This document shows, one piece after another, positions 32,264 to 39,110 of a stretch of DNA of 39,110 nt. The notes below the pieces were generated by a model, which ran no database searches, was not told where the DNA came from, and saw only the letters and a program-made list of their open reading frames with translations. Position numbers and translations under genes: made by a program. Each line of letters opens with the position of its first letter. Position 1 is the first letter of the stretch. The stretch is from Kofleriaceae bacterium. Its GTDB lineage: Bacteria; Myxococcota_A; Polyangia; Haliangiales; Haliangiaceae. The stretch is from contig JBKJLC010000055.1 in the NCBI GenBank assembly GCA_046597055.1, positions 1-39,110 of the forward strand. The letters run 5' to 3'.

Positions 32264-33793
32264 ATGAGGCACACCTGGGTTGCGCTCCTGATCGCGGCGG
32301 CAGCCTGCGGCAGTGACAAGAAGCCCGACGGGACCGGCACCGGGTCAGGCACCGCGGCCACGCCACCGCCGCCCACCCTGGCGGTGCCCGCGCTCGGGGT
32401 CGAGGCCCCGAAGCGCTTCAACTATCCATACGACGCCGGCGCGAAGGAGTACGAGAAGCTCCTCAAGGTCTACAAGGCGACCCCGCGCGACTGGGCCGCG
32501 GTGCAGGCCGCCGCCGAGGCCACCCTCCAGAAGGACGCCGGCCACCTCGACGCGCGCTGGGTGCTGGGCGAGGCGCTGGCCCAGACCGACGACGGCGCCG
32601 GCGCCGCCGGCAACCTGGCGACCGCGCTCGCGGCCGACTGGCTGCGCTGGGGGCCCGGGCTCGACAAGGACCCCGAGCTGGCCGGCTTTCTCGGCAAGCC
32701 GCACGGCCAGGCGCTGCTCGCGCTGCACGCCACGGTGAAGGCGCAGTTCGCATCGACCGTGAAGGCCTCGCCGCTGGTGCTGGCGCGCCGCTCGACCTTC
32801 AAGATGCCGCGGCCGGGCACCAGCTTCGCGTCGACCCGCGGCGAGCTCTACGCCTACGACCTCGAGGGCAAGCGCTTCCTGCGCCTGACCCACACCGACC
32901 ACCAGGTCGCCGCGATGTTGCGCTCCCCGGGCGGCGACGAGCTGTTGCTGGCCGGCTTCGACAAGGCCGAGCTGCCCGATCCCAAGAAGAGCGCCGACGC
33001 CCCGCCCCTGCTGGCGCGCTCGTGGATCCAGAGCTTCAGCCTCGCCCAGCTCGCCGACACCAGTGCCCGCGCGACCGTTGGCAAGGCGCGCGCGGTCACC
33101 GCCTGGTACGGCCCGGGCGACCAGATCGTGGTCGCCACCACCCCGGCCGCCGGACGGTGGGGCCTGGGCAAGCCGACCTACTTCGTGCTCGACCGTTCGA
33201 CCGGCAAGCTGACCAAGACCCAGGCCGAGCCGTCGACGCCAGTCCTCGAGCTCACCTTCGACGAGGTCGCGCTGCGCGGCGAGGGCCAGACCGCGCCGCC
33301 CAAGGGGCTCGACCCGGGCGCGATGGCCCGGCTCATGTCGGACGGCGGCGGACCGATCGCCGCCGGCGCTGGCCCGACGATCTCCTCGTTCTCGGTGGCG
33401 CCGGGTCAGGGCCGGATCGCGTTCGCGACCGCGACCGACCCGTGCAACGACGCCGACGACGCCGCCAAGCCGACCCTGTACGTCGCCGACGGCACCGGCG
33501 CGGGGATCAAGCACGTGCTGACCGCGTCGTCGCGCTTCGCCGCCCAGTGGCTCGACGACACCCGGGTGGTCTACGAGGACGGCTCGGGCGGCCTGCGCAT
33601 CTACGACGCCGCCGCCGGCCGCGAGGTCGGCAAGATCGCGGGCGGGCTCGGGCTCGCGCTGCGCGCGCTGTCGCCGACGGTCGCGCCGCTGTGCCGCAAG
33701 GAGCCGATCGTGGCCGAGCCCGACACCGGGACCGACGGGGCCGCTGGCGGCGACCTGCCGCCCGAGGAAGCCCCGGTCTCGGCGCCCCGCTAG
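32264..33793 (+). CDS. lipoprotein with a TPR-like helical segment and TolB-like beta-propeller region (~509 aa)
   Basis: MRHTWVALLIAAAAC lipobox; TPR-like DARWVLGEALAQ; blade-like GELYAYDL, SPGGDELL, APGQGRIAF, LYVAD, WLDDTRVVY. Confidence 0.75.
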   Translation: MRHTWVALLIAAAACGSDKKPDGTGTGSGTAATPPPPTLAVPALGVEAPKRFNYPYDAGAKEYEKLLKVYKATPRDWAAVQAAAEATLQKDAGHLDARWVLGEALAQTDDGAGAAGNLATALAADWLRWGPGLDKDPELAGFLGKPHGQALLALHATVKAQFASTVKASPLVLARRSTFKMPRPGTSFASTRGELYAYDLEGKRFLRLTHTDHQVAAMLRSPGGDELLLAGFDKAELPDPKKSADAPPLLARSWIQSFSLAQLADTSARATVGKARAVTAWYGPGDQIVVATTPAAGRWGLGKPTYFVLDRSTGKLTKTQAEPSTPVLELTFDEVALRGEGQTAPPKGLDPGAMARLMSDGGGPIAAGAGPTISSFSVAPGQGRIAFATATDPCNDADDAAKPTLYVADGTGAGIKHVLTASSRFAAQWLDDTRVVYEDGSGGLRIYDAAAGREVGKIAGGLGLALRALSPTVAPLCRKEPIVAEPDTGTDGAAGGDLPPEEAPVSAPR

Positions 33794-33795
33794 GA

Positions 33796-33852
33796 GTGAT
33801 CGGAAGCGCTCACGCTTTCCCGGTGTCCCCCAGGGTGATCGGAAGCGCTCAC
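33796..33852. repeat. two exact 18-bp direct repeats (39-bp period) between convergent genes
   Basis: gtgatcggaagcgctcac at 33796-33813 and 33835-33852; each is followed by a similar tcccgg(t/g)gtccc block. Confidence 0.9.
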
Positions 33853-33905
33853 TCGGTCCCGGGGTCCCTGCGCCGGCGCCGGAGGCGCCGGACCGCCCGC
33901 GCCGG

Positions 33906-34658
33906 TCAGCGCGTCGCGGCGAGGATCAGCCCGACCGGCACCAGCCCACCGCTGGCTGGCGCGCCGACCGCGAGCCGGCGCCACTCGGCCGCGAGCACGT
34001 GATCGGCGATCGCCTCGGCGTGGCGTCCCTCGACCCCGGCGGCGATGTAGCGATACAGGTACGGGCACCGCTCGGCGGCGACGTGCCGGAACCGGGTCTC
34101 GACCGCGTCGATCATCGCGCGCCCGCCGTGCAGCGGCGGCTCGCCGTGGTGAACGTGGGCGTCGAGCCACCGGCGGCGCGGGTCGTCGTCGTCGGCCTCG
34201 CCGTCGACCCGATCGCGCGGATAACAACCGGCCGCGACCAGCAGCTCCTGGATCTCGTAGAACCAGCGCGCGGTGGCGGCGTCGACCGCGTCGAGATCGA
34301 GCTCGTCGAGCACCAGCTGACCACCGGGTCGCAGCAGCGCGTGGGCCCGCTCGAGCGCGCGGTCGAGGGGGTGGATGTGGTGCAGCGACGCGGTGAACAC
34401 GACCGCATCGAAGGCCTCGCCGATCACGGCCGGGCTCAGCGCCAGGTAGTCGCCCTGGATCCAGCGCACCGCGCGATCGGGCCGCGGCTCGGGCAACCGC
34501 AGGTCGATGGCGGTGACCTCGCGGCCCTCGGCGGCCATCGCGGCCGCGAGCGCGCCGCCCCCGCAGCCGACCTCGAGCACGCGCCGGGCACCACCGAGCC
34601 GCTCGCCGACCAGCCGGTGCTGCTCGCGAAGCACGACCGCCAGCCCGCCCGCGCTCAC
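33906..34658 (-). CDS. class I SAM-dependent methyltransferase (~250 aa)
   Basis: GTG at 34658 overlaps the upstream TGA; motif I RVLEVGCGGG, VTAID, FDAVVF..SLHH, LLRPGG. Confidence 0.9.
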   Translation of the reverse strand: MSAGGLAVVLREQHRLVGERLGGARRVLEVGCGGGALAAAMAAEGREVTAIDLRLPEPRPDRAVRWIQGDYLALSPAVIGEAFDAVVFTASLHHIHPLDRALERAHALLRPGGQLVLDELDLDAVDAATARWFYEIQELLVAAGCYPRDRVDGEADDDDPRRRWLDAHVHHGEPPLHGGRAMIDAVETRFRHVAAERCPYLYRYIAAGVEGRHAEAIADHVLAAEWRRLAVGAPASGGLVPVGLILAATR

Positions 34659-35086
34659 GGCGCGCGCCCCTCGCGCTCGCTGGCGAGGCGCGCCACCAGA
34701 TAGCGCAGCGCCGCGGCCACCCCGGTCGCGAGCGCCGCCTGCGGCTCCTCGCCGGGCGCCACCAGCACCAGCCAGTCGCGGCCGTCGGCGTCGACCACCG
34801 CGCGCCAGTGCAGGCACACCAGCGCGATGCCGTCCGGCAGCTCGAGCCGCGGCGCGCCCGGGATCGCGGCCGTGACCTCGTCATCGAGCGCGCGCGCGTA
34901 GCGGCGCACGACGTGGAGCACCGCGCCAGTCGACAGGACGCCGCCGCCGACCGGCGCGCCGGCGACCTCGAGGCCGATCCGGAGCCGGTCGCCCTCGGCG
35001 GTCAGGTAGGTGCGCACGACCTGACTGTCGGGCCGGATCTGCTCGTCGATCAGCAGGCCGGGCCCGCTCGTCACCGGATCGCTCAT
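34655..35086 (-). CDS. hypothetical protein (~143 aa)
   Basis: ATG at 35086 overlaps the binding-protein stop (ATGA) and its own stop overlaps the methyltransferase start, so it is coupled on both sides. Confidence 0.75.
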   Translation of the reverse strand: MSDPVTSGPGLLIDEQIRPDSQVVRTYLTAEGDRLRIGLEVAGAPVGGGVLSTGAVLHVVRRYARALDDEVTAAIPGAPRLELPDGIALVCLHWRAVVDADGRDWLVLVAPGEEPQAALATGVAAALRYLVARLASEREGRAP

Positions 35087-36654
35087 TCCTTGACTGCCTT
35101 CGCCAGCCCGATCAGCCGTGCGTTGGGCACGACCTCGTAGCCGACCACCGAACGGTTGACGATCGCCACGTTGTCCTCGTGCCACAGCGGCACGATCGGC
35201 AGATCCTCGGCGAGCAGCCGCTGGGCCGCTGCGTACAGCGGGATCCGCCGGGCCGGCTCGACCTCGCCGCGCCCGGCCTCGAGGAGCCGGTCGAGCTCGG
35301 GCGACCGATAGCGCCAGCGGTTATTGAGGTCGGGCTGCTTGGCGTTCGGGATCCGCGACGAATGGAAGTAGGCGAACATCATGTCGGGCTCGCTGATGTC
35401 GCTGGTCTGCATCGTCGCGATCTGGAAGTTGCCCTTCTTGATGTCGGCGAAGAAGGTCGCAAACTCGAACGACTTCACCTCGACCTCGATGCCGAGCCGC
35501 TGGATCTGGCCAGCGATCACGCGCGCGATCGCGATGCGGTACGCGTCGCTGCTGGTCTTGTAGACCAGCCGCAGCCGCGGCGCGCCACCCGGTCCGTCGG
35601 GGTCCGGGAAGCCGGCGGCGTCGAGCAGCCGGCCCGCCTCGGCCAGGTCGGTGTCGTGACGGCGGCCTTCAGCGTACGCCCAGTGCCCGGGCGGCAACAG
35701 CCCGGTCGCGAGCACCGCACGGCCGGCGAACTTGTTCGCGATGATCGCCGGCCGATCCAGGGCCAGCGCCAGCGCGCGCCGGACCCGGACGTCGTCGAGG
35801 ACCGGGTCCTCGTTGTTGAGGAGCATGTACGACAGCACGTTCGACGGGCCGCGGATCTCCTTGACCCGATCGCGCCCGAGCACGTCATCGACCAGGTCGT
35901 AACGGACCGCGTTCTGGACCAGATCGGCCGAGCCGCCGGCCAGCATGATGATGCGCGCGGCGGTGTCGCGCACCACCTTGATCTCGACCCGCGGGGTCGG
36001 CACCCGGGCCTGATACCAGTGCGGGTTGGCGACCAGCACCACCCGGTCGGCGGTGAGCTCGGTGACCGCGTACGGCCCGGCGCCGACCGCCCGGCCGCCC
36101 GGGAACTTGCCAGCCGGGTTCGCCGCGTGGCGGGCGACGATGCCGAAGTCGAGATCGGTGCGGAACGTCGCCAGCGGCGCGATCAGGTGGAATCGGACCC
36201 GGCGACCGGCGTCACCGTCGGGCGCCTCGATCGAGGTGAACCGCTCACGGAAGGCCTTGTGCGAGAAGCTGTCGGAGCCTTCGGCCCGCACGCTCTCGAA
36301 GGTCCACACCACGTCACCGGCGGTCACCGGGGTGCCGTCCGAGAACCGGACGTCGGGTCGCAGCACCGCCTCCCAGGTCAGCGGGTCGATCGGCTCGACC
36401 CGCTCGGCCAGCTCGAGCCGCGGCACCAGGTCGGGGGTGTCGACCGCGAGCAGCCCGGGCACCACCAGCCGCGACAGCTTCTGATCGTAGGAGCTCACCG
36501 CGTAGCGCGGGTCGGCGGTCTTCATCGAAGACTCGATCAGCACGACCAGCATGTCGTCGGCGGTCCGCCGCGCCCGCGGCTCGCAGCCACTGGCCAGGGC
36601 CAGGGCGGCGAGGGCGAGCGCCGTGGTAACGTTGAGCAGTCTTGGGGGGTACAC
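35083..36654 (-). CDS. ABC transporter substrate-binding lipoprotein, family 5 (DppA/OppA-like)
   Basis: Lipobox LASGC; LRPDVRFSDGTPVTAGDV, GAGPY, LDDVRVRRALALALDR, AGRLLDAAG, LAEDLPIVPLW. Exact start uncertain. Confidence 0.92.
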   Translation of the reverse strand: MYPPRLLNVTTALALAALALASGCEPRARRTADDMLVVLIESSMKTADPRYAVSSYDQKLSRLVVPGLLAVDTPDLVPRLELAERVEPIDPLTWEAVLRPDVRFSDGTPVTAGDVVWTFESVRAEGSDSFSHKAFRERFTSIEAPDGDAGRRVRFHLIAPLATFRTDLDFGIVARHAANPAGKFPGGRAVGAGPYAVTELTADRVVLVANPHWYQARVPTPRVEIKVVRDTAARIIMLAGGSADLVQNAVRYDLVDDVLGRDRVKEIRGPSNVLSYMLLNNEDPVLDDVRVRRALALALDRPAIIANKFAGRAVLATGLLPPGHWAYAEGRRHDTDLAEAGRLLDAAGFPDPDGPGGAPRLRLVYKTSSDAYRIAIARVIAGQIQRLGIEVEVKSFEFATFFADIKKGNFQIATMQTSDISEPDMMFAYFHSSRIPNAKQPDLNNRWRYRSPELDRLLEAGRGEVEPARRIPLYAAAQRLLAEDLPIVPLWHEDNVAIVNRSVVGYEVVPNARLIGLAKAVKE

Positions 36655-38297
36655 GCCGCGCGACGATCCTGGCCGGGCTCGCCCTCGGTGGGCTGGGGCT
36701 GGCCGCCGTCAGTATTGGCCTGTCATCGGCATGGTCGCAAGCCGGCCTGGCGCCCGACGCGGGCGGCGCCGCCGTCGGTGACGCCGGGCCCGCGGTCGCG
36801 ACCTCCGAGGACGAACCGGCCGAGAGCGGGGACGACGGCGGCCTGCCGATGGTGCCGCCGCCGGCCGATCCCGACCAGCGCGACGAGTGGCTGCGCACCC
36901 AGCTCGACGCCGCGGTCGCGGCGCGGCCCGGGCTGGCCGCGGCCGCGGTCGGCGCGGTCGTGGTCGACGTCACCACCGGCAAGACGCTGTGGTCGCATCG
37001 CCCCGACGCCCCGCTCAACCTGGCCTCGGTCACCAAGGTGCTCACCTCGGCGGCGGCGCTGCACTACCTCGGCGGCGGCTTCCGGTGGCGGACCTCGGTG
37101 CTGGCCGACAAGCTCGATCCCGACACCCGGATCGTCGAGGGCGATCTGTTCGTGCGCGGTCGCGGCGATCCGACCCTGACCCAGCGCGACCTGGCCGAGC
37201 TGGCCCGCGCCCTGCGCTGGCAGGGCATCGAGACCGTCCAGGGCGACCTGGTCTTCGACGGCAGCTACTTCGACCCGGTCGACGAGCCACCCCGCTACGC
37301 CGATCAGCCCAAGGAGCGCGCCGGGTTCCGGGCCCCGATCGCCGCCGCGTCGCTCGAGCGCAACGCGGTGACCGTGGTCGTGGTCGCCGACCGGATCGGC
37401 CTGGGCATGGCCTCGGTCCGCATCGACCCACCGATCGCCGATTACGTCCGGCTGATCGAGGGCGAGGTCGTCACCGTCGCCACCGGTCGCACGCGGATCC
37501 TGGTGAGCACGGTCGTGAAGCGCACCCACATCGAGCTGCGGGTGTCCGGGCAGATCCTCGCCGAGGACGGGGTCTTCTTCCAGCGCCGCCGGGTCGACGA
37601 CGCCACCCGCATGTTCGGCGAGCAGTTCCGCGCCGCGCTCACCGGCGCGGGCATCCGTATTCGCGGCAAGCGGCTACAGCGCGCGGTCACGCCGCGCACG
37701 GCCATCCTGGTCGCCGAGCACGAGAGCCAGCCGCTCGGGATGATCGTGCGCGACATGAACAAGACCTCCGACAACTACCTGGCCGAGACCGTGCTGAAGA
37801 CGCTCGGCGCCGAGACCCTGCCGCCGCCGCTGCCGGACGCGAGCCAGCGGCCGGCGACCTGGGCCGACGGCCTGGCGATGGTCCACCGCTACATGTCCGA
37901 GATCGCCGGGGTCTCGACCGGCTCGTTCCGCGTCGACAACGGCTCCGGCCTCTACGACTCGAGCGCGGTCTCGGCCGAGGCGGTGGCGCGGGTGCTGGTC
38001 GCCGGGTATCGCGACTTCCGGGTCGGCCCCGACCTGGCCTCGGCCCTCGCCCACGCGGGCGTCGACGGCACGCTGCGCCGCCGGCTCGGTGGCCAGGCGA
38101 CCCGCGGGCGCGTGCGGGCCAAGACCGGCACGCTGGCCGCGGTGTCGACCCTGGCCGGGTTTGCCGGCACCGACAGCAGCCGGCCGCTCGCGTTCGTGGT
38201 GCTCGTGAACCAGCTGTCGCCGACGACAAAGGCCGACGCGCGCGGCCTGCAGGACGCGATCGCCACCGCCGCCGTCGCGTACACCGCGCCGCCGTGA
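36642..38297 (+). CDS. dacB: D-alanyl-D-alanine carboxypeptidase/endopeptidase, PBP4 (peptidase S13)
   Basis: SxxK (ASVTK), GRGDP, SxN (SDN), NGSGL and KTG motifs; N-terminal signal/TM segment. TTG start uncertain. Confidence 0.93.
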   Translation: MGGTRRATILAGLALGGLGLAAVSIGLSSAWSQAGLAPDAGGAAVGDAGPAVATSEDEPAESGDDGGLPMVPPPADPDQRDEWLRTQLDAAVAARPGLAAAAVGAVVVDVTTGKTLWSHRPDAPLNLASVTKVLTSAAALHYLGGGFRWRTSVLADKLDPDTRIVEGDLFVRGRGDPTLTQRDLAELARALRWQGIETVQGDLVFDGSYFDPVDEPPRYADQPKERAGFRAPIAAASLERNAVTVVVVADRIGLGMASVRIDPPIADYVRLIEGEVVTVATGRTRILVSTVVKRTHIELRVSGQILAEDGVFFQRRRVDDATRMFGEQFRAALTGAGIRIRGKRLQRAVTPRTAILVAEHESQPLGMIVRDMNKTSDNYLAETVLKTLGAETLPPPLPDASQRPATWADGLAMVHRYMSEIAGVSTGSFRVDNGSGLYDSSAVSAEAVARVLVAGYRDFRVGPDLASALAHAGVDGTLRRRLGGQATRGRVRAKTGTLAAVSTLAGFAGTDSSRPLAFVVLVNQLSPTTKADARGLQDAIATAAVAYTAPP

Positions 38298-38405
38298 TGG
38301 CGGCGCCGACGGTCGCGGGCTCCGTCGCGAAACCGCCGATAGTCACCGGGTCACCCGGTTGCCGCCTCGCGCGCTCGCGTGCTACCTCTGGCCGAGGAGA
38401 TGACC

Positions 38406-38825
38406 ATGGCCGATCTAAAGGGAAGCAAGACTCACTCGAATCTCAAGGACGCGTTCGCCGGCGAGTCGCAGGCCAACCGTCGTTACCTCTACTTCGCCAA
38501 GGTTGCCGACGTCGAGGGTCAGCCCGACATCGCCGGCCTCTTCCGCGACACCGCGGAGGGCGAGACCGGCCACGCCCACGGCCACCTCGACTACCTCAAG
38601 AAGGTCGGCGATCCGGCCACTGGCGAGCCCCTGGGCGACACCTCGCTCAACCTCAAGGCGTCGATCGCGGGCGAGACCTACGAGTACACCCAGATGTACC
38701 CGGGCTTCGCCAAGACCGCTCGCGACGAAGGCTTCGACGAGATCGCCGACTGGTTCGAAACCCTCGCACGCGCCGAGAAGAGCCACGCCGGCCGCTTCTC
38801 GCAGGGCCTCGAGTCGATTTCCTGA
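38406..38825 (+). CDS. rbr: rubrerythrin, short form without rubredoxin domain (139 aa)
   Basis: RBS GAGGAG 6 nt upstream; di-iron ligands [35 protein letters not shown]. Confidence 0.95.
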   Translation: MADLKGSKTHSNLKDAFAGESQANRRYLYFAKVADVEGQPDIAGLFRDTAEGETGHAHGHLDYLKKVGDPATGEPLGDTSLNLKASIAGETYEYTQMYPGFAKTARDEGFDEIADWFETLARAEKSHAGRFSQGLESIS

Positions 38826-38833
38826 CGTTTCGA

Positions 38834-38864
38834 TCGGAGGAGGTCGCGCAGCGGCCCCCTCCGA
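38834..38864 (+). other. intergenic stem-loop between rubrerythrin and the Fe-S gene
   Basis: tcggagg-a-ggtcgc-gca-gcggcc-c-cctccga; no U-tract, so more likely a stabiliser or partial terminator. Confidence 0.5.
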
Positions 38865-38933
38865 GCCACCCCTGCCGCACACGTTTCAGCACGTGTTCGG
38901 CTCGCGCAAGATGACCCGCGGAAGACTGTGTGC

Positions 38934-39110
38934 ATGACGACGACGTATGACCCGAAGGATCCTGTCTATTTCGATGAGGCAGATGTTCGGGACGAGCTCA
39001 CACGGGTCTACGACCTGTGCCATGGCTGTCGGCTCTGCTTCAAGTTCTGCACCTCGTTCCCGACGCTGTTCGAGATGATCGACAAGCACGATGATCAGGA
39101 CGCCGGGCGC
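38934..39110 (+). CDS. Fe-S oxidoreductase (GlpC/heterodisulfide reductase-like), 3' truncated
   Basis: Not in the ORF track; translates [46 protein letters not shown] with a CxxCxxCxxxC ferredoxin motif and runs off the window. Confidence 0.88.
   Translation, partial: MTTTYDPKDPVYFDEADVRDELTRVYDLCHGCRLCFKFCTSFPTLFEMIDKHDDQDAGR

Noticed and set aside
33796..33852. Possible mini CRISPR array
   Set aside because: Only two 18-bp repeats, a 21-bp spacer similar to the sequence after the second repeat, and no cas genes.

Overview
Very GC-rich (roughly 70-75% by eye), gene-dense bacterial window; gene content (sigma54 activator coupled to a STAND/FGE Ser/Thr kinase, ADYC and Cys-rich lipoproteins) suggests Myxococcota, which is inference. 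Three blocks. (1) 1-4.7 kb: a sigma54-dependent activator (5' truncated) translationally coupled to a membrane Ser/Thr kinase-STAND NTPase-FGE-domain protein. (2) 4.7-26.1 kb: ten consecutive exported proteins: a TcB/TcC-like RHS protein, an ADYC lipoprotein, a lipocalin, a GH35 beta-galactosidase, an esterase plus small beta-barrel, a peptidoglycan-binding Zn peptidase, a Cys-rich lipoprotein, a DUF1838-like protein and a beta-helix protein with three DNRLRE/CBM96-like repeats. Five of them have a sigma54 -24/-12 motif ending 13-14 nt before an in-frame ATG, implying a leaderless sigma54 regulon. (3) 26.3-39.1 kb: a five-gene operon (two uncharacterised genes, RavA/MoxR AAA+, stand-alone receiver, vWA) resembling MoxR-vWA conflict systems, a divergent TPR/beta-propeller lipoprotein, an orphan peptide ABC binding protein operon, dacB, a rubrerythrin and the start of an Fe-S oxidoreductase. 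No rRNA, tRNA, CRISPR array or mobile element was seen. Family assignments come from reading motifs by eye; no searches were run.
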